From the NCBI GenBank assembly GCA_964016885.1, contig OZ024743.1:229276001-229340000 (forward strand): a DNA stretch of 64,000 nucleotides, in the 5' to 3' direction. The number at the start of each line of letters is the position of its first letter. The stretch's first letter is position 1. This stretch comes from Eledone cirrhosa. Lineage: Eukaryota. The position numbers and the translations under genes are program-made. The notes beneath the pieces are model-generated. The model was not told where the DNA came from and made no database searches. It was given only the letters and a program-made list of their open reading frames with translations. Positions 1 through 13,832 of this stretch are shown here, piece after piece.

Positions 1-465
1 CTATGTCTCGAGAAAGAAAAAAAATGAAAATCTCAAACAAAAAAATAAATATATCAAAGAATACAAAAAGACGTTTTATTTTTGTTGCCGTTTTCTTTTT
101 GCTTTTTCTTTTCCATTTGTCCAAGACGAACAGACAATATACCAAAAGCACAATTTATTACACACAGTGTAGAAGGAAATATTGTAGAATATTGGAAGGA
201 CTTAGTAGAATCGCTGGGTAGTCAAGGATACCGGTTCATATCTTGCTCCAGGCGCTATGATATGAACCCATAGAGGGGTGTACCGTCACACTTCGAAGGC
301 CAAATTAAGTTGGACCAACAATTGAAATGTTTTCTCATAAGAACCAATCATTCAGAAAAGCCCTCAAAGGAATAAAGTTAGAAATATTTGTTCTATTTTA
401 TTACTTTATAAATAATTATATTTCGTAAAATAACTGAGGTTTCGCGAGACAATATGTTTTCTATA

Positions 466-672
466 ATGGTCTCTGATTTAGGAACAAGGCCAATAATTTT
501 TGCGGGAGGGAAAATTGGAATAAATCGACCCAGTACATTACTGGTGCTTTATTTTATTGACCCACTAAGGATGAACGGCAAAGATAATCTTGACGGGATT
601 TGAACTCAGAACGCAAAGAGCCGTAACTGTGCTGCTGAGCATGGTGTCCGACACACTACCGACACTGCCCAA
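466..672 (-). mobile_element. tRNA-derived SINE, family A (Nin/Deu-like central domain)
   Basis: Reverse-complement match to the + copy at 50783-50998: ggaacaaggcc...aaatcgacccag...ctggtgctttattttattgaccc...aaggatgaacggcaaag...gggatttgaactcagaacg (B box on minus strand). Confidence 0.8.
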
Positions 673-2992
673 TAATTTTGCGTTATTTGATTTCAGTTAA
701 TTCTGATGCGGCCTTTAAGCATAAAATAAGTTCCAGACTTGATAAAATACATACTGGGGACAATATACATAATCGATTCAAACTTTCAAGGTGGTGCGAC
801 CGCAATCTAATTATTGAATCCAGTAAAAGAATACAATATGTTTTTAAAAATCATATCGACCCCATGGGTATAATAAGCAAAGATGACATCTGGATGGGTG
901 GGATTTTAAAATCAGCACATAAAACAATGTAACTATATATTGTAAAACTTTATGCCCAACGCACAGCCAACTTTGGCTATCCATCACATCTATCAATTTA
1001 ATAACACTGAAAAATTGCTAGAAACTTTAAACATTACTTGAAGTGTTTAAAAAAAGCAGACACTGTAAGCTTGGGAGTTTTATCATATCTAAGATATGTA
1101 TTTTGTTTTTTAAAAAAACATCACCAAAGGAAAACCTATGTAGTATAATTGTATAAAATATGTTATACATATTTTATAACAATAAATTCTACTTGTTAAA
1201 AAAAAAAAAAAATTTTTTTTTTTCAACACTTGAGTCAAAACACTCAGGAATACATCTGGTCCAGATTAGGCACAATAAAAAGTCTGATTTTCCCATAAAT
1301 AAACAAAGAGTTAAGAAGAAATACACAATAATAATAATAACAGCTAAAAGATTTAGTGACCGAGATTATAACGAGCTTATGTCAGTTTGTAAACTTATCA
1401 ACACCACCTTTTAACAAATACGAATGGAATCTAACGGACCCAAATATTGCGTCTGTTGTAAAGAAAACAAAATAAATAAGTCACCACGGTATACACACAT
1501 AATAAAATGTGTCATTTACTTCATTCACATCCCGACAAGATAGAAAGTACTCAATACATAAGTAGAGCATGTACTTTTACTGAGGGTGCAATGTCTCACT
1601 ATAAGAAATTGTGAGAAAGAGAGAGAGTGTGAAGTATTCACGATTCCACGACCGAGAAAACCTCAAATCTGGGTAGTATTCGATGTAGATTTAGGTGTAT
1701 AGAACATTATGTTGTATATAACTGGGGATCGATAAAATAAAGTACAAGTGGATGAGATGGCTTGCCATATATATATTCCGGCTCTATGAGATATGAATAA
1801 AAACCCGACTATGGTCTACTAGAGTGTTAAGCTTAATTTGTCGCCGGTCCAACACTACCATCTGGCTCTCGAGTGCCATTAGTGGCAATCTTTTGGATCA
1901 GTTCCCTGCTCTGAAGATACCTTTTTCCTCGTCTTTCCCCATCTTTGAAGGGGCTGAAAAGGGCCACAGACACTGTTCTTCCCCCACTTATGCATTTAAA
2001 CAGTAATAAAAAAAATATATATACTTCGAAATATAAATTTAGCATTTTTATTGGTAATTGAAGGTAAAATGCCATAGTGGTTGTTTTATATCGGATTCAA
2101 AATAGACAAGGCCAGCACTATCATCAAGGCCGACTTAGCAGCCGCTTAGGACACAGACTTAACCGGAGTGTGTTACTGAACCTTAAAGGTTTACACAAAT
2201 TTGTATAATGAAATTAAATACACAATTCGCCACGATCAATGAATAAATCGTTAAACTATCTTTCCAGTGTAGCGGTGTGGTGGATATATCGAAAGTTATT
2301 TGGATATATCCACCACATAGTTATTTGGAGTTATAACCTGCCTCGTGATTTGTCTTGAGTGAGTGTGAACAGTGTAGTACTTGTTGACTTAATATTTTTT
2401 TGCGCGGTGTGTGTGTGTGTGGGGGGGGGGGGACTCAAAACAGAAAGAGTCACAAACTCGGTTTGTCAACTAACCAAATTCTAAGATGAAATTATTTAAT
2501 TTGGGAGAATGGGTCACACGGCTGGTAGAAGGGGGCGTAAATTATTGTGCTAGTTTAGGACGCTAAATACCCAGGCGCCAGCTCTGCAGCGAACTGACTC
2601 AATAAATGAAATCATCACGTAAATTTAGGCATAGAAGTCGACATTACTTATTTTATCCACTGTAACAAAAATAGAGAAACGTTTTTTTCTATACACAAAA
2701 ATCTTCCTCTTCTAGCTAAATATTATATAAACACTATATAAAGTATTTATATAAACTTATATTCTATTCATTGTATATCATCAGTTAAAGAGATGCGAAT
2801 GTCTGTACTGTCTAATAATTTTCCTTGTTTTGTCTACAGCCTGGCAACTGAACAGAGATTGATACATATTTTAAAATATACATTCTTCTTTTGTTGAAGA
2901 CATTTCAATTTGAGCGTAGAGACGTTGGGGAAAAAAGGAAGTAATGTGGTACGTTAACCATACGCATTTTCTAAACGACAGATTGTGTGTGT

Positions 2993-3073
2993 GCATGTGA
3001 TAGCCGGAATGTGTTTGTCATAGCGTACATGCGTGTGTGTGCATGTGATAGCCGGAATGTGTTTGTCATAGCG

Positions 3074-3105
<32 letters not shown>
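2993..3105. repeat. 48-bp tandem duplication within (GT)n
   Basis: gcatgtgatagccggaatgtgtttgtcatagcgtacat occurs at 2993-3030 and 3041-3078, followed by (GT)n. Confidence 0.9.
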
Positions 3106-4229
3106 CCATGATTAGAGAATAATATTGGTAAGGCTACAAATCTGGTTAACTCATTTGCACCAAACCGTAGCGATTATTTTCTTCCAAGCAGAAGTTTTAT
3201 ATATGAAGTTCATCACAAGTATGTGTCTATTATAAATGGACCGATTACTATATCCTCTTCGCAAAATGATCGTCATTCAAACAGAAAATAAAGGCTGGGT
3301 CCATGCATCATCATCATCATCATCACACACACGCGCGAGAAGGAGTACGCAATTCCAAAATAAAGTTAAACACTTTTCGTTATGGCTAAGAAGTGAGTCT
3401 CCTTCCTCTGGGGTTATACCTGTAGACTCATATACATACATACATATCATTATTGTATGGAGTTAACTGACCTGGGATGTGACGCAGATAAAATGAAGCG
3501 CTGAAGAACTTATAAAAGTGGTACAATCTTATAGAATATTGAATATATCGAAAGTTATATGCAGTTGTATTCAGGTTTATTTTCATCACCATTGTACATA
3601 TTTTGCTGGTTTTAAAGGTGTGACGAACAAGTTGATAACGATTGTGTTTCAATACTTCCCTTCTTGTCACAATATTATGTATTTTCTTTATTTTCTCAAA
3701 TTCCTAAAGAAACGACACACCTTGTTCCAGTGAGCACGTTTGAAGCACATAAACACACACACACACAGATGTAAACGCAACATGGCCGAATGATTATGAA
3801 GTTCGTTTCACAAACATTAGGTCCTCGGTTGGATCCCACTGTATGCCATATATCATATCTTGGGCTAAATACATTCACACACACTCACATACGGATGTAT
3901 ATATATATATCCGTATGTAACATAGTTAACGGACAAGAAAAAAGACTGCTCAATAGAGTAGAGATTGAATATTTTATTTAGGTTAAATAGTGAGTCTTGT
4001 TACTGTAGAGTTTCCCCTGCTTGCTCACAGGGTCTAATGGCCCTGTGGGTAAGCAGGAAAAACTGCATCTTATTTTCTATATCCTTCCACTTCTTGCTTT
4101 CTACCTCAACCGTATTCTTTCGTAAGAGCTTTGTCTCCCGTTGGGCTCGAAATCTAACACATTGCATTGTACGACTTTCTAAACAGAAACACTTTTCAGT
4201 TTCATATATATATATATATATATATGCAT

Positions 4230-4437
4230 GAAATTGGGTAGACGATGGAAACTGGATGGACTGTATACAATTTGAAGAGCCAGCCTTGATACACAACGTC
4301 ACACTGAATCTCCCTGAAAATTGCGTTAAGGGTGCCACTGGTTTGTGGAATTCTCAGCCACTTACTCGTTAAGTTCGCGAGTTGGCTGTTCAGTTGATCA
4401 AACAACTAGGAGATTTATCGTTGAAACAGACGGAAGT
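4230..4437 (+). mobile_element. SINE family B, 3' part
   Basis: gtcacactgaatctccc...gttaagggt...ctcagccactt...gttgatcaaacaact...gacggaag is the reverse complement of motifs in the copies at 6601, 13219 and 23901. Confidence 0.6.
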
Positions 4438-6245
4438 TCATTCCATTCACACACACACGCACACACACACATATATATATAAATACATACACACGTACAT
4501 ACACACGCTCACGCAGATTCAGTTACTGAACCTTGCTTATTGAGATTTCTACACGGCAGATTTGCAGGTCAGTTTACCATTAAAATGCATTGTTCATCGC
4601 CATTGCTATAAAGAAAGAAATAAACAAATAAAACGACAGACAATAATAATCAGAATTAATAATGTCTAGAGAGTACTAAAATAAGCAACCAGACAGCCGA
4701 GGTATCATATCACTTGTGGTAGTATTATATAAATTAGCAGCGTCGTCATCATTATTATCATCATGACCACCATCACTACTACTATTTCGTAATAAAGCCG
4801 TTTATAGATATAAACGTAACAGTTTCGTTTCCCGTTGGGCCCGAAATGTATTGGAACTAAAACTGTTTCCACATAATAATTTCGAAACAAAAGCAAGCTG
4901 TGACAAGCTTTTAAATACATATTGCACACGCGCATCTTCTAGTTATTCATGTCAAACATAAGACAGGGCACTAATTGCTAGATACAGACAACACTTTAAT
5001 TAGAAGACTAACAGGCTAGCTAGCATATAGAGTTTGAAAAAACGTACACGACACGAACTCATTGTGAGATTTATCGATTTCTACTCCTACACACACAAAA
5101 AATGTTACTAATAAAGATAATTTCATCATACCTTATAAATATATTATGTTCAAGCACATCTTTGGAAATATATTGCACGTTTATACAGCAACATAATATT
5201 GTTATAGAAAGTTGTATATGTAATAGAGAGATGCTATACGCAACATACTGATATGTTTGTGTTACGCATGTACAGACATTCTAACAAAACCAGGCAAAAT
5301 TCCATAGTTACTTGCCAAGATTCTTTTAATAGATTACCAACAAGAGATTGAAAACCATTATTTTTCGAAGTTAACGCCAAAGTATTTAAACTCAACTCAT
5401 ATATCTATGTCAAAAGTAACTCGTCTCCATTCTAAATTCAAACGGTAAAGAATATTTTAAAAGTATTTTATGCTGTCTTTTAGGGAACAGAGTTTAAGAA
5501 ACCATCCAAATCTAACAAACTCAGCTATATAAAACACTAGTAGAAATGCTAAACCCCCCCCCCCCCCGGCTACTGCATGTGTGTATGCGTGTATATGTAT
5601 GTGCGTGTGTAAGTAAACATTACATTTTGATCAGAACGGTATTTTGAATATGCATCACTGAAATTTGATTTCTCACTGATCTAGCACCACGTGTTACCTA
5701 TTTACTCGTGACTGACAAATCAGCAGAGGACAAACACAAACAGAAAATGTATTTTAAATTTTGATATTATACGTTGTCAATTTTTAGATTCGGACGAAGA
5801 AACAACAACAACAACAACAACGAAGAAAGAAAGGTATATAAGCTAAAATGTGAAAGCCGATATCTCCTATCTTCATTTCATAGACTGCTAAGATACTAAA
5901 CCAGTAATACAGAGGAGCCCAAAGAAAAAAGGACAAGAAGAGTAAAAGAATTAAAGAGATTTAGAATCATTATGTATAATTGGATACATTATAAACTTCC
6001 ATTTGAGCAAACTTTCTGGAAGAAAATTAAGATGATTTTTTGAGGGGGAAATAAAATCTTGAAAGTCGGAAACGCTTATTTTAATATATTTCAACATATG
6101 GAAATGGTTTTTTTTTTTAAGAGAAACATTTTTATTGGTCTCGTTCGGTACTAAAACTCAAAGGAAGATAATTAACCAGACACGAGTTCATGAGGCAATA
6201 TATTTACGAAAGAATGAGGTTGAAAAGAATGTATGTATATATGTA

Positions 6246-6277
<32 letters not shown>

Positions 6278-6600
6278 CATACATATATATGCATGCATAA
6301 ACATAGATACACATATAGATATATACATACACTGGAATCGAGCATTTACCACTAGTTAGAAAACAAAGAACTTCCAAATTTACGAGAAATTGTATTTATT
6401 TATCATGAAATCGTAACAAAAGCCGCAATCCCAGTCTATTGGCGCCGAGAAAAGAGAGCGTAGAATTGTCTATCATTAAACTGACTGGGTTTATAACAAA
6501 AACAAAAGCTCAACAGCTGCCATCTTTTGCTTCATTTCGATTTAATACCTGCGAGTGCGTGCGTGTGGGTGGGTGTACGTTTCTGTGTCTGTGTGTTGAA

Positions 6601-6903
6601 CCTCCGTCGGTTCCGACGACGACATGTCGTCATCCAGTAGTTCGTAAATTGGACGTACAAGTGGTTGAGCTTTCTCACCGATAGGGCACCTATAACGTAA
6701 TATTTCGGAAGATCCACCATGACATAAATGTAACAAAGCTGACTCTTTGAATTGCAGATACATCTCATTTATTCCTGCTGAGTGAAATGGATCAATGCAA
6801 AATAAACTATCTTGCTTAAAGATACAATGCGTTGTTGGATATCGAACTCATGACCTTACGATTGTAAGTCGAACACATTAATTACTAAACCAGGCGCCTT
6901 CAC
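6601..6903 (-). mobile_element. tRNA-derived SINE, family B
   Basis: Minus strand begins gtgaaggcgcctggtttagt (A-box-like) ... gagttcgatatcc (B box). The other end reads cctccgtcggttccgacgacga on +, shared with 23901. Confidence 0.7.
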
Positions 6904-7561
6904 AATACGTACGTCAATAGTTTTAGACCAAGGCAAAGCCAAAAGCGATAAACCATAAGCAAAGGAAAAAAAAATAGCAAAACGAAACCAGCCAAAGTTG
7001 ACCCAACAGATCACAAGGGGCCAAAAGAGGATAAACATATATGTAGAAAGAAATGTGGCAGTTTTGTGAATCCAACCTAAGTAAAAGTAATTACATCACA
7101 AAGAAATCGACAGCAAACATACATATATATATAAATATATATATCCATATAAATATATATATATAATTAATTTCCATTCTATTCTATAACCCCTATTGCC
7201 CATGTCTTTATCCTTCGAGTATTTCCTAAAAGAGTTGGTAAAATGCCGAGTTTTCTAGAGGTGAAAAGGTAAAAGAGAAACCGATTTGGTTGGTCCCTGA
7301 ATGCTACAAAATTCGACAGTAAATTAGCCGTAGCTGCAAATGTATTGGCTAAATTCTAGAAACTATAGAGCATGTGTGTGAAAGAGGAAGGGTGTTAAAT
7401 ACAGAAGAGAGCTAGAAAGAATATTGGAGGTTAAGAGGTTGATAATAGTTTGTGCGTGCGTATATATCCCCGCGCACTCATACACACACACATTATATAT
7501 ATATATATATATATTATATATATTATATATATTATATATATACATACACATATGTATATAC

Positions 7562-7670
<109 letters not shown>

Positions 7671-7849
7671 GCTGCGTGTGAAATAGGCTTTAAGTTCTGT
7701 AGTAACGATTGGGAATCTTTGATTGCTGATCCAATGTTGGCAGCTAACAGGTTTATTTTTGTTATTCCGTAACAATAAAAAAAAATTGTTATCTTTTTCA
7801 AGTACATATCGAAATTGACTTCTTCCAGGGATTCAATATAATTCTTTTT

Positions 7850-8032
7850 AACATTGGCACAAGGCCAGTAATTTGAGGAAAGTGAAAAGTCGATAATATC
7901 TACAACAGGACTCAATTGGTACTTTTGATTCAGAAAGGATAAAAGGCAAAGTTGAACTCGATGGGCTTGAACCAAACAAATACTGAAAGGGCAGTTAATC
8001 TGACCCTCTACCATTTCTGCCAATCAATCCAC
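7850..8032 (-). mobile_element. SINE family A, diverged copy
   Basis: ggcacaaggccagtaattt...aaggataaaaggcaaagttg...ctgccaatcaatccac. Confidence 0.65.
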
Positions 8033-8387
8033 AAAGAACATAACAATAATAATTATTATTATTTATTTATAGGCCACTAGCCGGAAACTTAAAGGACAAT
8101 ACAAAAAACGGGGACAGTGGTAATTTAGATAAAACGGTGATGGCGTTAGTCGACAAACAGCTGTTCCGTTTTGCGGAAAGTCCGCTTTTGAGTACAGTGG
8201 TGGAATTTTTCTCGTCCACCATCTTATTTCGAAAAAACAAAACAAAAACAAAAAAAAACAATTGAGGGGCGTGGTCAGAAAACAAACATAGGTTTAGTCA
8301 CTAAGGTCCACAGACAGAAAAACAACTAACCAGCTCACAAAGATCCTGGTTAATTTATAAAACAGTAACAGATATTTAGTATATAAC

Positions 8388-8573
8388 TGTTTCTATTTTT
8401 GGCACAAAGCCAGCAATTCACCAGTACATTACTGGTACTTTATTTTATCGACCCCGTAAGGATGAAAGGCAAAGTTAACCTCGGCGGGATTTGAACTCAG
8501 ATCATAAAGGGACGTAACTCTATGCTTCAAAGCATGGTGTCCGACTATCTACCGATACTGCCAATCCACCGCC
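8388..8573 (-). mobile_element. SINE family A with 20-bp target-site duplication
   Basis: Family A motifs through ctgccaatccaccgcc, flanked by taacagatatttagtatata at 8366-8385 and 8582-8601. Confidence 0.9.
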
Positions 8574-8689
8574 ATTATACATAACAGATATTTAGTATAT
8601 ATCGTTGTATAACGACTGGGGAAAGGAACAAACTTACGGAGCAATTTAACTCGATGTGTCGAGACACGCAACAGCAAGAATAATAGTAA

Positions 8690-8878
8690 TTATTTCTACT
8701 ATAGACACAAGGCCTAAATCGACCCCAGTGCATTACTAGTCCTGTATTTATCGACCCCGTAGGATGGAAGGCAAAGCTAATCTCGGCGGAATTTGAACTC
8801 AGAATGTAAAGGGCTGTAACTATGCTGCGAAGAATGGCATCCGACGACGCTTTACCAATACTGCCAATCCACCATCCT
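8690..8878 (-). mobile_element. SINE family A
   Basis: gacacaaggcc...aaatcgaccccagtg...tcgaccccgtaggatggaaggcaaag...ggaatttgaactcagaatg...ctgccaatccacc. Confidence 0.85.
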
Positions 8879-9944
8879 TAACAATAAAAATAATGATAAT
8901 ACTAATATTAAACATTAGTTTTGTTAGTACGCACACTTAAACGAATATATATCATACATATTCCAGTCGATTTATCATTCGCATATGCAAAAAGGAGGTT
9001 GGCGCAATGCCTATACGATATAAAAAAAATAAGGAAGGGGGAGTTTACATCAATTACAGCAACAATAACAACAATAAAAATGACGAAAAGGGTAAAAAGA
9101 AAACAAACTTTATACAATTATATTAAACTGAAGAGATTCTATATTTGCTCAATTGTCAAGTTTGAATCGATGGAATTGGTCAAACCAATAACAAACTATA
9201 TAGATCGGTTATCTCTTTGTTTGTGTATCTTGTCAGAGAGTTAACTAGATAAACAGCTAAATTCTTCACCCCGCCTACCCTTCCGACATTGCTAACTAAC
9301 AAACGATATGGCGTTGCCCATCACAAATATTGAGGGGAAATATTTTTAAAAAATCATTTTTAGATATCAGCAGTTGATATAGTGACTATATAAATTTTCT
9401 ACATACGCACGCACGCATATATATGCAGGCACACGCAAAATCTCACACACACACATGCAGTCATCTACAAGAACATATGCATGCACAAACACACACGCAT
9501 GCACACATACGTATATACCCGATTTTAAAACGAATTATTGTTATAAGTAGATGGAGATCATTTCTGGTTTAAGTTTTAGTACAATGGTTGGGCAAATACG
9601 TATAACTTCGCTGCATCACCATTCCAGCCGCGTTTACCTTAAAGGCTAATTAGCTATAGAAGATGGAGATATATGTTTGATTGGGGTGAGGTCTCAATTT
9701 GGTACGGTGGATGAACAGGCAGACAAGACAAGCTCTCGCCTTCCAAAACTTAATTAAACTCAGTTTTAGTCGTCTCTGACCGTTCGCCCGAAAAGCAAAG
9801 TAATTGGTTTAAATAAACAGCGAGTAGACATTACAACTTCCTAAGTCAATAATCACAGTCAACGGTTATCGGCAAATAATGATCATTTTCTCTGATTAAG
9901 AAGGGAAGAGGATATATAATCGATTGACTCGACCCTCTTGTATT

Positions 9945-10130
9945 TAACCCTTTTGATACCAAACCGTCGAAACGCCCATGATTCTGTCGTTGTATGATAC
10001 AAAGTTGTTTACTCTAAAGTACTTATATTTATCTTTAAAAAACTTCTTTTCTTACTTTTATCAAAGAACCTTGTTATGTTTCAATCAGTAACTAATCAAC
10101 GATATAATGAGAAAATTAGTATCAACGGAG
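9945..10130 (-). mobile_element. piggyBac-like MITE, partial copy
   Basis: Begins ttaacccttttgataccaaa, the exact reverse complement of the right end of the element at 14061-14300. Confidence 0.55.
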
Positions 10131-10263
10131 TAGGTACTGAACTCAATTTTCAGTTGTGAAAACCCTGTCTTCTGTTTTCAGAAGTAGTGCATCAAGGACT
10201 ACGTTATGACATATCCATCTTCTGCTTCAAGTTTGTAATAGCTCCTTATTTTAGTGTCAAGAA

Positions 10264-10297
<34 letters not shown>

Positions 10298-11798
10298 GAG
10301 AGTGTGTTTGCGCATGTGAGTTTTTAAAAGTGGAAGAGTGGTCGATTGATATATTTACATCTGTGTGTGTGTGCGCGCACGCACGCAAGTAAGTAGGTAA
10401 GTAAAATTAGAAGAGCAGTTATCTTTTTTTACCACTTAGAGAGGGAAGAGCAGCAGCTATGACTTTTGTTTAGAGCCATCGAAGATTTGAACTTGAAGCG
10501 CAGGGCGCTGGAACAAATACCACAAGGCATTTCCCCCCTCTGCTCTAACGATTTTACATGAACTAGTATAAACCAGATATCTATCCCCGCTTTCTACTGT
10601 TTACATCACATTAACAGAAACTACTTGGAATGTTGAAGAAATGTAATCGCGTACATTCTGTTTTGTTCATAAATATCATTTGCAAACCAATAGGTTTTTC
10701 TGTGTTTTCCAAATGAATGATGATGATGATGATAATGATGTTCGCTGTGGTGATAGTGATGATAATTGTCGTGATGGTAATGATGATGACACGCAAATCC
10801 CTATGTACAAAGCAAATATCTAATAACTAATTCAAGTAGAAATATAATAGTATCAATAGTTTACCGAAAGTTGTCTGGGTTTGGTGCGAACTTTACACTT
10901 TACCAAATACAAGCGTATCAACTTGATCGAAATGACAATTAAATAGAACAATTAACATAGTTTGGGAGTGTGTAAAGAGCTGCATTTTACATTAATATAT
11001 TTTGTTAACCTCTGAAAATAGATCTTTTCTATGTGTCCTGTAATTCAAACTACAGCTGTCATATCTCTTTTCAAGACAAAACTCTAAATCATTGACGAAG
11101 TTCAGTTGAAATTTGACGCAGACAAACTAAAGATTTTTAAATGATTTTAGGAGGAAGCTTTAAAAGTAAAACGAAACCATTGATTTCCATAGGTTTTATC
11201 CTGTTTGCTTAGAACATAAACTCTATTGTTATGACAGTTACAATGAATCTTTACACCAAGTCGACCCTAAAAAGACACTGATTGCACCTTATTTTCTTCA
11301 GAATGTTTATAAATGAAACTCAACACTACCAGGTATTAGGTTGTTTTCTTTTTATAGAGAAATCTAATAAGGGAATTTACTATTCATTGGTGTATTTTTT
11401 TTATTGATACATGTACTCCAGAAGACACATGAGGTAGGTTATACAGCGGAGCTTCCCTGGTGACTCCAGATCAGGCTAACAATGTTCATTTAACTGCTTC
11501 CTTCTAAGGTACCATTGAAGAAAAGGTTTCTGCGATGCGAAAGCCACGGACCTAGTGTAAAATGTATGTATGTATGTGTGTGTATATATATATATATTTA
11601 TTAAAATAACAGATTAAAGTTTAAGCAAAGAATCGCTGCTTTCACCCTTAACGGGATCTTCTGAAACATATATATATATATATATATATAATATATATAT
11701 GAAATTTCAATGGAATGTTTAATCAAAAGTATTGTCATAAGTCCTGTGCAGATCGTAAGAACACAAATGGTGCAAATATTTTCATGGTCGATAAATAC

Positions 11799-11835
<37 letters not shown>

Positions 11836-12437
11836 GAATACACCTTTATACAGAAAACCGAATGAACGTCACAGAATGAACGTCACAGAATGGGTTGCTG
11901 ATGCGAAGAATTGTTTGTTTTCGGTTGTCCCATTTTAAATTCATTATATATATATATATATATATACACACACAAATTGTTAAAAGCTAATTCATTTACA
12001 ATGTAAATTACATTTCAACTTGCCAAATAAATGGTCAACAAAAGTCATCCTTCCTAGTTCTTTTTCTACACACATACATACATAGATACATACACACAGG
12101 TAGGTGGACAGACAGATACAGTGATTCGTTGTCCACACAAGAATTATGGTCGAGTAGTTGATCATAATAGATATAACCTTTTCAAAATACTTTCCATTGA
12201 AACCGTGAAAAGATTTGCTTTTTTACGAAACATTGAATATAATTTAACGAAACCAAACAACGGTGTTAGTTTAGATAAACGGCGTACAAACTGCCTCTCT
12301 ATCACTATTACTGCGGTTGGAATTAGAGTCATGATTGTGTTATACAATGAAAAAATTTTGGGTCGGAGACATACGAGAAAAACATCATTTGCAAAATAAG
12401 ATACTACTGCTACTACTACTACTAATAATAATAATAA

Positions 12438-12652
12438 TGGTTTCTTATATAGGCACAAGGCCAGCAATTTTAGGGGAGGGGAAAGTCGATTAAATCAACC
12501 TCAGTGCGAGACTGGTACTTTATTTTATCGATCCCGTAAGGATGAAAGGCAAAGTTAACCTCGGCGGGATTTAAACTCAGACTATAAAGGGCCGTAACTC
12601 TCTTTGATGCAAAGCATTGCGTCACACCCTCTACCGACACTGCTAATCCACA
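12438..12652 (-). mobile_element. SINE family A, near full length, with (TAC)n(TAA)n tail
   Basis: All family A motifs present; trinucleotide tract at 12403-12438 lies on its 3' side. Confidence 0.9.
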
Positions 12653-12656
12653 ATAA

Positions 12657-12825
12657 TGGTTTGATTTAGGCACAAGGCCAGCAATATATTGTGAATGGGA
12701 CAGTCGTTTAAATCGACCCCAATGCGAACCCGTAAAATGAAAGGCGAAGTCAGAACATGAAGAGTCAAAACAAATGCCGCAAATCTTTTATCCAACGTTT
12801 CAACGATTTCATCAACCCAACACCC
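12657..12825 (-). mobile_element. SINE family A, older copy in tandem with the preceding one
   Basis: ggtttgatttaggcacaaggccagcaat...aaatcgacccc...aaaatgaaaggcgaagtc. Confidence 0.75.
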
Positions 12826-13218
12826 TATTAATTGTTTCTACTTTATAATAAAAAATAAAGAGTAGGAGGAGGGGGATCGGAACAGGTGGTTAGCAAGAGT
12901 GAAAAAAATAACGTGATTTTAATTTGAAATGACTAAGCGTTAAATTCAAAGGCCTTAAACATATAGTTTTCCAAAAGTCTGTTGACTTGAGGAAGTATTG
13001 TTTGGCTAGTATTGTTTCTCTTCATTTGAATTATGGATGAAGCTTAACGTTACATTTACTGTGGGTGGTGTCGGTATGACTCATGCATGGTACAATGTTG
13101 CGTAGAATCACATGCCGGAATTAAAGTAGAACGGACCTTATGGTTCGGTGAATGCATGTGTGGGGGTATATCAAAGAAAGGCATTGAGTATAAATAAGAA
13201 AGATGTGCGTGCGTTGGT

Positions 13219-13525
13219 CTTCCGTCGGTTACTACGATGAATGTTCCAGTTATTTAAACAACGGAAAAATCTACTCATGGAATTAATGTCCAAGTGGTCC
13301 AAAATTGCACACACACATGCACCTAGACACGTGTACCCTTAAAGTAATTATCAAGGAGATTCAGCGGGTGTATGTGTATGACAAAGCTGAGCCTTTAAAA
13401 AATGTCCCAGCAAACTGGAACGGAACAATGTGAAATTAAGTGCTCAATGGCATAGCGCCCAACCGGGAGTCGAATCATTGGCCATACGATCGTAAACGGA
13501 ACACTTTAACATCTCAACCACGCAC
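13219..13525 (-). mobile_element. SINE family B
   Basis: ttccgtcggttactacgatg...gacacgtgtacccttaa...ggagattcagcg...acaaagctga...gggagtcgaatc (B box on minus strand). Confidence 0.7.
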
Positions 13526-13832
13526 ACATAAATAGTCTAAGTAGCATCTTTGTTTTTTGTTTTGTTTTGTTTTTTCAATACAGTAGGATATTTCTACCAG
13601 GTTGAGTAACCAGGCAAAAAAAACCTTCCGGGATGTCCCAGCGTGTCACTTTCATGAATATATAATGCTGCAGTTTGTTTCGTTAATGGAAAAAAATAAA
13701 AATAATAACAATAGGAGAATGGATTCTAGTCCTTAAACGAAGAATTCAGGATCTGCTCATAGAAATTTCGTCTTCAAAGCGCATGTCTGGGCTAGGGTTT
13801 TCATCGAAGACCTATAGTGGCTTATGCTTAAT

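Noticed and set aside
2284-3558. Identical 16-mer atatatcgaaagttat at 2284 and 3543
   Set aside because: AT-rich, with no extended similarity or element between the copies; treated as chance.
3498-3563. ctgaaga...gaaa spacing resembling a hammerhead
   Set aside because: No convincing stem II closing pair and stem III is mismatched.
5788-5833. Possible 46-nt micro-exon (ttttag...AAG/gtatat) encoding DSDEETTTTTTTKKE
   Set aside because: Mostly an (AAC)n repeat, the donor is weak, and no partner exons or protein similarity were found.
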